Positions 8,442 to 17,704 of a DNA stretch of 64,000 nucleotides are shown here, piece after piece. Where the stretch lies: the sequence record OV032902.1; one strand, written 5' to 3'. Numbering within the stretch: position 1 is the first letter of the stretch; each line of letters opens with the position of its first letter. A program made the position numbers and the translations under genes. A model generated the notes under the pieces. It was not told the DNA's origin and did no database searches. It saw only the letters and a program-made list of their open reading frames with translations.

Positions 8442-9299
8442 ATGAACACTGAAATCAACAAAGTTTCTCTTGCTATTCAAGAAATTGTAAAGTACACAAA
8501 CGTTAACCAATCCATCGTTGACCTTGGTATGAAGGAAGACGCTAAAGGACTAGGTGAATTTGGCGACGCAGCAGCCATGGGCATCGGTGGTCTTTTGGGT
8601 GCTCTGCTGCCTAGTTTCGTTTATGACTACTTTATGGAAATGGGTCAACAGATAGGCGCAGCAGCAATCACGGAAGCTATCTCTAACTTTTGTGAGGAAT
8701 TAGGTATCGATTATCTAGATGGCCTTTTTACAATTGTTATTGGCAGTGCATTGTCAGGCGTACTTGGCATGGTCGCGGGCTTTCTAATCAAACGAGGTAT
8801 TGAGTGGTTAGTTAAGCGCCGTCAGAAAAAGCGCAACGAGAAACTATGGGCCCATTATGCGGACTCGATTGACTCCCTGCATAAACAAGCTACTAGTATC
8901 TTACTGGCTGAAGAGATTACCGATTACTCTAGTTTTAAACTTATGACTGATCTAGAGTTCTTCTTGGAATTATTCGGAGCCAAGTTTGACGATATGCATC
9001 GCTTTGCTAAGAAAGTACACGCGGCCAAATTTGTTAAAGGTCAGGATGAGTTATTAGAAAGCGGTCTTGAAAAACATGCCGGTCTTCGTGAAGCGTTAGT
9101 TACTACGGAACTCAAACTAGTTCCTGATCATCTCGCACCAGAGGACTTAGAGGACGCATATAGCCTGATGGCGGATATGGGTTTTGGCACACCATTAGAT
9201 TATTTAAAATATGGCGACGTTGATCGTCTGGCAGAAGAGCCAGTAGAAGAATTAACTCGCATCATGAAGAGATTAAAAGAGGAAGATTTAACATGGTAG
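8442..9299 (+). CDS. Glycine-zipper-like membrane protein, paralog of 5741..6607
   Basis: GIGGLLGALLP and GSALSGVLGMVAG; collinear similarity over ~285 aa. Confidence 0.85.
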   Translation: MNTEINKVSLAIQEIVKYTNVNQSIVDLGMKEDAKGLGEFGDAAAMGIGGLLGALLPSFVYDYFMEMGQQIGAAAITEAISNFCEELGIDYLDGLFTIVIGSALSGVLGMVAGFLIKRGIEWLVKRRQKKRNEKLWAHYADSIDSLHKQATSILLAEEITDYSSFKLMTDLEFFLELFGAKFDDMHRFAKKVHAAKFVKGQDELLESGLEKHAGLREALVTTELKLVPDHLAPEDLEDAYSLMADMGFGTPLDYLKYGDVDRLAEEPVEELTRIMKRLKEEDLTW

Positions 9300-9631
9300 C
9301 ATTATTAGCACTTGGCAGTAACCCAGTTGGATGGGGTCTACTTGGAGCCCTAGCAGTGGTAGAAGGAGTTCGCCAGGGTAAGAATATCTATGATGACCAC
9401 AAGGAAAAGCAACGTCAAGAAAAATTCAATTCTTGGCTTTCTTTCCTTGAAGAAAAACAAAAAGTCGGTGAAATGGTACTGAAATGGCCAGACCGCAAAA
9501 ACCTGGAACTATTGTTTGGATTAGAACCTGATCTAAATTTCGAGTATGAACTAAAGCTTGGTCACGAGCATACTGGAAACTGGAGCAAGGCTCTAAAGTG
9601 GGTATTTAAGAAGTACCTGAAGGACGACTAA
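9293..9631 (+). CDS. Small protein with N-terminal hydrophobic segment (NPVGW)
   Basis: GAGGAAG RBS; MVALLALGSNPVGWGLLGALAVV. Confidence 0.8.
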   Translation: MVALLALGSNPVGWGLLGALAVVEGVRQGKNIYDDHKEKQRQEKFNSWLSFLEEKQKVGEMVLKWPDRKNLELLFGLEPDLNFEYELKLGHEHTGNWSKALKWVFKKYLKDD

Positions 9632-9637
9632 ATCCTT

Positions 9638-9662
9638 AAAGCTCATTCTCCGAGTGGGCTTT
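9638..9662 (+). terminator. Hairpin after the paralog cluster
   Basis: AAAGCTCATTC-TCC-GAGTGGGCTTT. Confidence 0.55.
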
Positions 9663-9713
9663 GTGGACTATGTCCATAACCTAACTTTAATCTATATACA
9701 AGGAATATTTCAA

Positions 9714-9815
9714 ATGGAAAATTTTGACCTAGTTGACTTCTGTGAAAACAATGCGCCACAATTAGATGTGGACCTACCTAGCGTTGAAGAGCTAATCGCT
9801 GAATTTGACAGTTAA
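9714..9815 (+). CDS. 33-aa acidic peptide (absent from the ORF track)
   Basis: AAGGAA RBS; MENFDLVDFCENNAPQLDVDLPSVEELIAEFDS. Confidence 0.62.
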   Translation: MENFDLVDFCENNAPQLDVDLPSVEELIAEFDS

Positions 9816-9817
9816 AT

Positions 9818-9856
9818 TGAATTTGAAAAGATTTACACTTCTATATAACTGATATG
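9818..9856 (+). promoter_or_regulatory. Early-type phage promoter, copy 3
   Basis: TGAATTTGAAAAGATTTACACTTCTATATAACTGATATG. Confidence 0.7.
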
Positions 9857-9931
9857 CATAGGATGAATTAATCATCCATTTAAACCAAACCCCTGGCAAT
9901 AATGCCCCAATCCTAAATAAGGAATACTATT

Positions 9932-10696
9932 ATGAAAACTCGTCTAACTTTCGCTATCGCTGCTGTTCTTGCTTCTACTTCTGCTTTCGCTGTAGACTTC
10001 TCAACTACTCACACTACTGGTACTACAACTACTTCGGTTGACATCAACCAACAAGTAACTGGTAAAGTGAATGGTCTAGAATTCAACTACTCGCAAAACC
10101 GTGGTGCAGCAGCAGGTGGCGTGAACGGCAATAACTGTGTTGGCGCTGTTTGTGATGGCACTGGTAATGATACTCTATCTGTAGGTATCTCTATCGACGC
10201 TACTCAAACAATCACTAAGCTAGACCAACTAACTACCGGCCTGTCAGTAACTACTGCTGAAAACTGTGACGTAACTGTTGCTATCGGCGGTATCTCTAAC
10301 AGCCAAGGTGTTCGTACTTCACACACTATCGGTGAAACTGAAACAGTTAACAACAACAAAACTTGGATCACTTCTGGTTCAATCGAAGTTGTTACTCAAA
10401 CTGACGCAGGTTACACTGGTGGTCACTGGAGCCCATCTAAGCTAGGTAACGACTTCACTGTATCTATCGGTGGTCAAACTGTAAGCTCTGAAGGTGACGC
10501 AGTAAACGTTATGGCACTATCAACTGCACTACTTGGTGATCTAACTCAAGTAACAGTTGGCGGTCAAGATCTTGCACATGCAGACACTAACGCAATGTCT
10601 GTTAAGATCGAGTCTAGCAAAATCAAAGTTATCGATACTTCTGTATCTACAACTGAAACAGAATCTTCTTCTACTACTTGGTACGAAAACAACTAA
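9932..10696 (+). CDS. Secreted Thr/Ser/Gly-rich beta protein with Sec signal peptide
   Basis: MKTRLTFAIAAVLASTSAFA (A-x-A cleavage site); alternating polar/hydrophobic strands; three Cys. Confidence 0.85.
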   Translation: MKTRLTFAIAAVLASTSAFAVDFSTTHTTGTTTTSVDINQQVTGKVNGLEFNYSQNRGAAAGGVNGNNCVGAVCDGTGNDTLSVGISIDATQTITKLDQLTTGLSVTTAENCDVTVAIGGISNSQGVRTSHTIGETETVNNNKTWITSGSIEVVTQTDAGYTGGHWSPSKLGNDFTVSIGGQTVSSEGDAVNVMALSTALLGDLTQVTVGGQDLAHADTNAMSVKIESSKIKVIDTSVSTTETESSSTTWYENN

Positions 10697-10799
10697 GTAT
10701 TAGATTAAGATAAGTAAATACGTGTAAGCTGACGGAGGTACCTTAGGGTGCCTCCTGAAGTTGCACTTAATCCAATTTTTATTTTTAAGGAATTTTGTC

Positions 10800-11471
10800 A
10801 TGAAGGAAAAGATTGTCGCAGGTCTTTTGATTGCATTGGGTTCATTCTCGTTTAACACTGAAGCTTCTACTTGTGAGACAGGCGGATGTGGCGATAGTAA
10901 CTCTAACCTAAGCGGTTCACAAAACCAATCACAATACAACACGCTACAGCAATCGCCGACAATGGCGCTCAACTCAAGTCAGTCGAATACTGTTCTAAAT
11001 GCCAGTCATGCTACTTCGGGTTCTATCTCGCATTCAGCAGATGGCGGTATTAGCTTCAGTGGTTCGTGTCCTACAAACACCCTAGTCGTCAATGGCGGCT
11101 ACGGAGAGAACGATTCAGAATCTTTCCCGACTAACTATCGCTCTGAGTCTAACAATGCTTACGTTAACGTAGGTGTCGTTATTCCATGGGGTCAGGCAGT
11201 CGATGATTGTAATGAAGGCGAGGCTCTCAAAATCCGTACAGCTAAGTTCGCTTACACTAAGCTACAGATTTCAACTTGTTTGGTATTCATGCAGCAAGGT
11301 ATCTCATTAGATGCTGTTGCTAAGATGAGTCCTGAGTTTGCAATCTGTCCTAAGGTAGCAATGCAAGCTGAGCAAAACATGCATGGACGTATTGGTCGTC
11401 AAGCTGTAGAGCAATACAAAAAGAACATGCAGGCACAAGGAATCAATCCTTACAAAACGTTTGCTAAGTAA
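10800..11471 (+). CDS. Secreted or outer-membrane protein with signal peptide, Q/N/S-rich N-region, beta-hairpin and Cys-containing helical tail
   Basis: ATG at 10800 after AAGGAA; MKEKIVAGLLIALGSFSFNTEA; strands NTLVVNGGY and NAYVNVGVVIPWG. Confidence 0.8.
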   Translation: MKEKIVAGLLIALGSFSFNTEASTCETGGCGDSNSNLSGSQNQSQYNTLQQSPTMALNSSQSNTVLNASHATSGSISHSADGGISFSGSCPTNTLVVNGGYGENDSESFPTNYRSESNNAYVNVGVVIPWGQAVDDCNEGEALKIRTAKFAYTKLQISTCLVFMQQGISLDAVAKMSPEFAICPKVAMQAEQNMHGRIGRQAVEQYKKNMQAQGINPYKTFAK

Positions 11472-11478
11472 TAAACTC

Positions 11479-11500
11479 GCAGTCTCTTACGAGAGGCTGC
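11479..11500 (+). terminator. UNCG-loop hairpin
   Basis: GCAGTCTCT-TACG-AGAGGCTGC. Confidence 0.6.
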
Positions 11501-11529
11501 TATGATTATTATTTTGTTATGGAGGCATT

Positions 11530-11607
11530 ATGCTAAAATATGTTATTTGGTTACCGATGTCTTTCATGACGTCATTCACTATTACTTCAATCCTAATAGG
11601 AGCTTAA
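11530..11607 (+). CDS. 25-aa hydrophobic micropeptide (absent from the ORF track)
   Basis: GGAGG RBS 5 nt upstream; MLKYVIWLPMSFMTSFTITSILIGA; stop lies 2 nt before the next ATG. Confidence 0.55.
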   Translation: MLKYVIWLPMSFMTSFTITSILIGA

Positions 11608-11609
11608 TT

Positions 11610-12524
11610 ATGTCAGTGTTCAAACAATCAGGAAAGTTGGCTGGTTTTTATGATGCTTTACCTCGCATCAACATGGCATGGACAAATGAAGAACATGCTG
11701 TTGTTATTGCGTGCTCAACAATTGTTAGGGCATTCAATAAGTTTGCCGGTATGGAGATTCCTCAATCAAGCGTACAGTTCGCGGCACCTAGTCTTCCAAT
11801 CACCGAGCATGTTTTCCATGAAGCAATTGCAGCATTTAAAGAAGGCCGCTATCCTGAAACCATGTTCTTCTACTTGACCTTCATCAAGTGGCTAAACCAA
11901 GAAAACAAAATTGCCACGCATGAATTCAAAGAAGTATTCTCTGTTGAGTTCGCTGAACGCATGCTTAGTATTTTCAAGAACCACTTGCCGGTTGATTTCG
12001 GTAAGCGCCTAGATAGTTCTCTTGAATTGATCTTCATGTATCCTGATTACTTTGACGTTATGTTCGTCGAGGATGGTTTCTGTCTCAATGTCAGAAGAGA
12101 GCTAGCGGATAAGGTAAGGGCTAGAGGCATTCCTTGTCGTCCTATATTAGACGTAGCCGAAGAAAACATCGAAGAGCTATTCTCGGTGGATATGTTTTCT
12201 TTAGCTGCACTGGCTAAGAAAAAGTGGGAGGAAGAACTCAGAACTCTTCCAAGCGAAGAAAGAGAAAAGCGCGCATGCACGTTTAACGAATTGATGTCCC
12301 CGAAAGGAAGGATGGACATCATTACCTGGATCAAGAAAAAGATCGAGGAAAGAACTAAAGAGGTTGCCGAGTACGAAGCAGGCGTTACTGCGGCAGATAA
12401 TCTTCAATACAATTCTCATGCTTACCTCAAGAAAGAACTCTTGGCGTTAATGGAGAAATACCCTGAGGTTGAAAACCTCGAATACACACGTGACGGAAAA
12501 GTCCGTATCGTGCTAGACATCTAA
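11610..12524 (+). CDS. Hypothetical protein (304 aa)
   Basis: ATG at 11610 after AGGAG; preferred over 11502. Confidence 0.8.
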   Translation: MSVFKQSGKLAGFYDALPRINMAWTNEEHAVVIACSTIVRAFNKFAGMEIPQSSVQFAAPSLPITEHVFHEAIAAFKEGRYPETMFFYLTFIKWLNQENKIATHEFKEVFSVEFAERMLSIFKNHLPVDFGKRLDSSLELIFMYPDYFDVMFVEDGFCLNVRRELADKVRARGIPCRPILDVAEENIEELFSVDMFSLAALAKKKWEEELRTLPSEEREKRACTFNELMSPKGRMDIITWIKKKIEERTKEVAEYEAGVTAADNLQYNSHAYLKKELLALMEKYPEVENLEYTRDGKVRIVLDI

Positions 12525-12551
12525 TCAACATCTAACATAGAGAGATATAAC

Positions 12552-13466
12552 ATGCAAACTATTAAAGAACCTACTACTGAAGGCATCCTGGCTTACCGTC
12601 GCGTCAATGTCAAAGGCCAAATCGGCATCATGGGTAACCTGATCGAAGCCGTTGAGTTTCTAACCAAACATGACTATACGTCATTATCTGGCAGTACTCG
12701 TCCAGTTACGTCTGTCGTTTGCCAGCGCATCGAGTACGTATTGGTCTCCCTCAGTGACGGCACCTCGGCTGTAAACTCCATCTTCCTTGACAAGGACAAA
12801 AACGTTACTCCGTTAGGTCAATACTTCTTTGGTATTTACTTTAACCCAACGATGTCGCTTGATCGAGTTAAGAATGTTTACGAGTGGTTGAAACAACATG
12901 AAGGCATGTTTGCCAGCATGGAATCTTCAGAGATTGCAGCCACGGTAGTATCTATGTTCCTAGAGACTCCTGATTCTGCACCAGAAGCCGAACTAGCAAA
13001 ATCAGAAGCAGTCGATCCAGTTAAGGCATACTTCGATATGTTCATCGACGATACGTCTTTGATTACCCCAACTCATGAAAACGTTGTTCGCTTTGATGTG
13101 GTACAGAGTCGCGGCGTTATCGCTGAGGTTTATGTTCCTGGTGACCGCAATATCAATCTCAAGAACTTCCAGGCGGACGAAGTAACTTTGTGTCATCGCG
13201 GTGGCTCGCCAAAGATTACTTTGGTTTACTGTTTCTCTAAATGCGAGAAAGAGCAGAAGCTATTGTACTTGGCACATGAAAAGTTCTTTAATGTATTGAA
13301 GAAGTCGTACGCAGAACAAGTGATGCTTTGGACACGCGCTAACGTGGCAATCAAAGTAGATGAGTTTGTGAAGCAGTTCCCTATCTTTAAGAACAACTTC
13401 CGCTTCCTTGGAGATAAGACGTCTAACGAACGCTTTATCCAAATCTGGAAGTTCTTCCAAAACTAG
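12552..13466 (+). CDS. Hypothetical protein (304 aa)
   Basis: Long ORF with genome-typical codons; no motif recognised. Confidence 0.8.
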   Translation: MQTIKEPTTEGILAYRRVNVKGQIGIMGNLIEAVEFLTKHDYTSLSGSTRPVTSVVCQRIEYVLVSLSDGTSAVNSIFLDKDKNVTPLGQYFFGIYFNPTMSLDRVKNVYEWLKQHEGMFASMESSEIAATVVSMFLETPDSAPEAELAKSEAVDPVKAYFDMFIDDTSLITPTHENVVRFDVVQSRGVIAEVYVPGDRNINLKNFQADEVTLCHRGGSPKITLVYCFSKCEKEQKLLYLAHEKFFNVLKKSYAEQVMLWTRANVAIKVDEFVKQFPIFKNNFRFLGDKTSNERFIQIWKFFQN

Positions 13467-13546
13467 TAAACTCGATGTCGTTCGAAAGAGCGGCATCTAT
13501 GATTACTGGTGTAATCACTTAATCTATTATTTAAAAGGAATCTAAA

Positions 13547-14968
13547 ATGAAAGTATTTAACACTGATCTTGCACAGCACCTAGCTAAAGTTTCTATCGAG
13601 CGCACGTTCCGTGAAGTGGGCCAAACCTCGCGCGTTATCTTTAGCGTTGTAGAAAAAGAACCTGGCGTTGTCTTTAAGATGGACCTTGAACCTTTGGCTG
13701 GTACTCTAAAGGACTTGGACATTGTTGAATTCATGTCTGCACAAAACCGCGCGCCTGAGTTCGGTATCGCTATCGCAATGTTCGTTCTTAATCAAGCGGG
13801 TATTGCACATCGCATAGATAGTATTGTTGAAGCAGGTAAAACATTTGCTCCTGGATACACAGGTGGGTTTTACAAGTTGAACTCAGATGGTCGCAGAATT
13901 ATCGAGATCTTCTTTGATGCGACTATCTCTATCGAAGATGTTTACTCTGAAATTCGCAAGTATCTTGATGCTCCTGACTACAAGGCAATTAACTATGGAC
14001 TTAGAAGGGAATCCCGAGAGGAAACCTTTAATACTCGCTATGTCCAGTTCGTGGAGTTGTTCAGTGCTATACAGACACGCGTCGACCATTCAGGTACTGA
14101 TCCAATCATGCGCCTTAGTGTTCCTCCACATGTTGCCAACGACGACATGATGAATGCGGTATTTGGTATTATCGGCAGTGACGTTTCTTTTAGTCGCGAA
14201 CAGGCCATTGCGTACTCCAAGTCTGGTAATGGGACTCTTAACTTATTAGGGCTTTACTTCCTGGGTGCATATTCCTATGCGTCTGGTCTATCAGTAGAAG
14301 AGCATTACATTCATCGTGCTTATCTGGCAGGGAAGATTCGCGAACAGGATCTTGACGTATTCATCGGTTTAGCTTTTGACAATATGACTGGTACGAGTGC
14401 AACTGGCTTCAATGCTCCTCGTCACGGCAGCATGCAAGCACAAGCTGCATCAGTAGTACAACAACAGCCTCATGTACAGCAACAAGGTTTCGTTAGTCAA
14501 ACCTACCAATTCGATCTTCTGGCAGAAGTACGCAAGCTTTACAAAGACGGTTATCTCCTAGAGAAGACTGAATTCGTACAGCAAACTAATACCATCTACA
14601 TGAAGTTCAAGTCTTGGACAGCTGGTGCTGTTAAACTAGAAAGCGGTGCACTGTCTATTAGTTCTGTGCACTTTGTTAATGGCGTGGTTGAAGTTACATA
14701 CAGCATTCAAACTTTGATGCTTTCCCCTGGCGTTGATTACGTGCGCGAACTGGAAAACCTAAAGGTCAATCAGGAGCGTGACGAACTGGTACGCATTATT
14801 GCGGGTATCGATTCTAAAGCTCCTGGTACGATTAGCTATCAAGAACTGATGCGTGTTGATCATCCTGTGTATGAAAAATACAAGCCAATGTTCCAAGAGT
14901 TCTTTGATAGTAAACAGACTGTACCGCTAGCAGATCTAATGGTTTACATCATCGAATCGTTCCGCTAA
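13547..14968 (+). CDS. Hypothetical protein (473 aa) with Gln-rich linker
   Basis: AAGGAA RBS; the linker SMQAQAASVVQQQPHVQQQG separates two domains. Confidence 0.82.
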   Translation: MKVFNTDLAQHLAKVSIERTFREVGQTSRVIFSVVEKEPGVVFKMDLEPLAGTLKDLDIVEFMSAQNRAPEFGIAIAMFVLNQAGIAHRIDSIVEAGKTFAPGYTGGFYKLNSDGRRIIEIFFDATISIEDVYSEIRKYLDAPDYKAINYGLRRESREETFNTRYVQFVELFSAIQTRVDHSGTDPIMRLSVPPHVANDDMMNAVFGIIGSDVSFSREQAIAYSKSGNGTLNLLGLYFLGAYSYASGLSVEEHYIHRAYLAGKIREQDLDVFIGLAFDNMTGTSATGFNAPRHGSMQAQAASVVQQQPHVQQQGFVSQTYQFDLLAEVRKLYKDGYLLEKTEFVQQTNTIYMKFKSWTAGAVKLESGALSISSVHFVNGVVEVTYSIQTLMLSPGVDYVRELENLKVNQERDELVRIIAGIDSKAPGTISYQELMRVDHPVYEKYKPMFQEFFDSKQTVPLADLMVYIIESFR

Positions 14969-14975
14969 TCCAATC

Positions 14976-14995
14976 GAGGCTTCTTCGGGAGCCTC
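14976..14995 (+). terminator. UUCG-loop hairpin
   Basis: GAGGCTTC-TTCG-GGAGCCTC. Confidence 0.65.
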
Positions 14996-15036
14996 ATTTC
15001 TAACCCACTGTTGCAATCCTATAAGGAGGATGCATT

Positions 15037-15369
15037 ATGAAAATACTTATGCTTGATGGACCAGTAGAAAAAGGTGGTTCATTCGCTAGCTCTCGTATGT
15101 GTGTACTGCACGACGGTCAAACTGACTGGCTAGAGGTTCGTGATCTTATGATGCGCGTTCTAGGCATGCGCTGTTACAAACAGACCGGTGAAAAACCACG
15201 CTTCCATGAATATCGCTGTAATGCTGATAAGAAAGAAGTTAGCTTGTCTATCGGCGATTGTGTTCATAAATGCCATCTTGTTCCTGTCCCTGGGTTAACC
15301 GACCTTGCGTCTAAGTTAACTCAAATGCAAATCGACCTGGATAAGAAATATGCACAATCTAAAGGATAA
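15037..15369 (+). CDS. Hypothetical protein (110 aa)
   Basis: AAGGAGG RBS. Confidence 0.78.
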   Translation: MKILMLDGPVEKGGSFASSRMCVLHDGQTDWLEVRDLMMRVLGMRCYKQTGEKPRFHEYRCNADKKEVSLSIGDCVHKCHLVPVPGLTDLASKLTQMQIDLDKKYAQSKG

Positions 15370-16261
15370 AGTGCTACTGATGATTAGCACGTCAATGCCT
15401 GCCCGCGCCCACGACATGTTCTTTATGGACGACTGGGATGTTGTCTTTCCCCGTTTAGAAAAGAAGGGTCTGACTAACACTAAACGTTGGGCAGCATTCC
15501 TTGGAACTCTTCGTCATGAAACCGGTGGCTTCCATCGATTCGAAGAGAATCTGAACTACAGTGCAAAGGCACTCATTCGCGTATGGCCTCATCGCTTTAA
15601 GAAGCCTGGTCAAGCTAAGCGTATTGCACGCAAACCGCGTGAGATTGCTAACCACGTCTATAATGGGCGTATGGGTAATCGACTTGGTTCAGATGATGGT
15701 TGGAATACTCGTGGTTCTGGTTTAATCCAGTTAACCGGTATGAACAACTATCGCAAGTATGGTCGACGCAATGGTCTTGATCTAATCAATGACCCTGCAC
15801 TGCTTCGTGAAAGCTCCCTTGCTATGTGGACAGTCGCAGCTGACTTCTTTGCAGCTACTAAAGTAAAAGGCAAAAACCTTTTCGAGTTAGCTGATGAAGG
15901 ACGCTTAAAAGAAATCTGTCGTGCTGTTAATGGAGGCTATCATGGGCTTGCCGACCGTATTACTTGGACGGAGTACTACAACGCTATGTTTACTGATGCT
16001 AATGAGCTTCGTGTTCGCATCCTTTGTAAACGTGGTAAGCGCGGTACTGTAGTCAAACAATGCCAGTACATGCTGGCGGTCATCAACGGTAACTCAGATA
16101 AGAGCTACTTGTATGATGGCATCTTTGGTAAGAAGACAGAAGAAATCGTCAAGACTTACCAGTCTAATAATGGTCTTGTAGTTGACGGGATAATCGGTAC
16201 AAGAACCTATCTAAAATTGTTCTTCGAGTACGATGAAATAATCGACGTAGAAGATTTCTAA
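15350..16261 (+). CDS. GH19-family endolysin with C-terminal peptidoglycan-binding domain
   Basis: AAFLGTLRHETGGF..EENLNYSA..IANHVY..GN..DGW..RGSGLIQLTG..NY is the phage GH19 pattern; KRGKRGTVVK..DGIFGKKT..YQ..GLVVDGIIG matches PG_binding_1. Confidence 0.9.
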   Translation: MHNLKDKVLLMISTSMPARAHDMFFMDDWDVVFPRLEKKGLTNTKRWAAFLGTLRHETGGFHRFEENLNYSAKALIRVWPHRFKKPGQAKRIARKPREIANHVYNGRMGNRLGSDDGWNTRGSGLIQLTGMNNYRKYGRRNGLDLINDPALLRESSLAMWTVAADFFAATKVKGKNLFELADEGRLKEICRAVNGGYHGLADRITWTEYYNAMFTDANELRVRILCKRGKRGTVVKQCQYMLAVINGNSDKSYLYDGIFGKKTEEIVKTYQSNNGLVVDGIIGTRTYLKLFFEYDEIIDVEDF

Positions 16262-16276
16262 TAAGAGGTACACACC

Positions 16277-17131
16277 ATGTCTAAGCCTGGTTATGAAACT
16301 GCCGTAGCAATCGGCACTATGTTTGGTTCTAACGCTCTACTTATCGCTAATGCTCGTCGCACTGGTGTTTTCAACGGCAAGAAAATCGAAGGTCGTTTTG
16401 TAGATACTAGCGGTGACCTAGCAGCTGCACTATTGCTGTTAGATTCAGCAGCATACCACATCTCAGCTATTTACTCTCGCCGTGCAGAGGAAGACTTCAA
16501 AGGTCAACCTGGCGGTAAGCGTAAGGTAGCGCAAACTCGCGATGCAATCCGTAACGGCATTTGTCGTTGGACTAGCGAAATGCATGAGTTCTTCTATCCT
16601 GGTCATAAGCACTCGTTCGTGTCTACGAACAATCCATGGCTGGTTGAGAATACCAAAACTCACCGTGCATTAAAACTTCTTCTGCCTCGTGCTATCGTGG
16701 AACTCGCTTCTGTAGTTACACGTCGCAAAGGTACATGGGAAGCAATGCTAATCAATGACATGTTAAGTCAGTTGGTTGTAATCGCAAACGATCTTATTCA
16801 TGGCATGCCTGGCAAGCCTGAAGAGAAAGAAGTATTCCATGCCGACAAGATTGGCGAATTCCGTGCAGCTCACCGTGGCTTCGTCGGTACAGATGTTAAA
16901 GCTCATCAAGCGCAATGGATGCCTCACAAAATGATCTCTCCAGAAGTAAGTACGTATCTTGGCTCTAAGCTAAATACACTTAAGTGGGAAATCAGTGAAA
17001 ACGATGGCGAAGTCGTTAAAGCTCAAGGCGACATCGTACGTATTGGTGGTCGTGCTTACCTAGTGGTAGCAGACACGATCAAAATGCAAACCGGTTACCA
17101 GCAAGTGCCTGGTGAACTTCAACTACTGTAA
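16277..17131 (+). CDS. Hypothetical protein (284 aa)
   Basis: GAGG RBS; no motif recognised. Confidence 0.8.
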   Translation: MSKPGYETAVAIGTMFGSNALLIANARRTGVFNGKKIEGRFVDTSGDLAAALLLLDSAAYHISAIYSRRAEEDFKGQPGGKRKVAQTRDAIRNGICRWTSEMHEFFYPGHKHSFVSTNNPWLVENTKTHRALKLLLPRAIVELASVVTRRKGTWEAMLINDMLSQLVVIANDLIHGMPGKPEEKEVFHADKIGEFRAAHRGFVGTDVKAHQAQWMPHKMISPEVSTYLGSKLNTLKWEISENDGEVVKAQGDIVRIGGRAYLVVADTIKMQTGYQQVPGELQLL

Positions 17132-17146
17132 TGGGAGATTGTCATC

Positions 17147-17704
17147 ATGGCAACTGCACAACTAACTAACAAAGACGCGCTAGAAGTAGCAGCGAAATAC
17201 GATACGGGTTACAGCGCTCGTAAACTTGTGGCTTGTTACCACGAAACAATTGCATTCCTAATGGAAAGACAACAAGACCTAACACTTAAAGGTATTGGTG
17301 TATTCCGTTTCAAGAAAGCAACTGCTAAGCGTCATGCTTACATCTCTTTCAAACCATCGCGTACTCAAGTGTCTAACGACCCTGCGAAGATGACTCAAGA
17401 CACTCCGTTCGATGAAATGCTCTTCATGCTTGCAGAGCAACTCAAGCACGATAAGTCTAAGATCCTCGAAGATTATGCGGCAGCATTCCTTGCGTTCTGT
17501 GCGTTAACTGTAGCATTTAAAGAAGATGCTCCGGTCCGCATTATTAACGGCGGTGAATTCCGAGTTGTTGAAAAATACTATGGCGTAGTTCGCGGCAAAG
17601 AAGTGAACGGTGTACGCTACGTATTTAAGCATCACCTGACTCTGAAGAAGGACGGCGATACTAAACCTGGACCTTCTAAGCGTCACCAATTCGGTAAGAA
17701 GTAA
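17147..17704 (+). CDS. Tandem HU/IHF-like DNA-binding protein
   Basis: Two HU-like units: ..ETIAFLMERQQDLTLKGIGVFRFKK..ISFKPS and ..AFKEDAPVRIINGGEFRVVEK..VFK. Confidence 0.55.
   Translation: MATAQLTNKDALEVAAKYDTGYSARKLVACYHETIAFLMERQQDLTLKGIGVFRFKKATAKRHAYISFKPSRTQVSNDPAKMTQDTPFDEMLFMLAEQLKHDKSKILEDYAAAFLAFCALTVAFKEDAPVRIINGGEFRVVEKYYGVVRGKEVNGVRYVFKHHLTLKKDGDTKPGPSKRHQFGKK

Noticed and set aside
15350-16261. GH19 protein as a second chitinase of the chitin system
   Set aside because: The phage GH19 signature plus a peptidoglycan-binding domain points to an ordinary endolysin.
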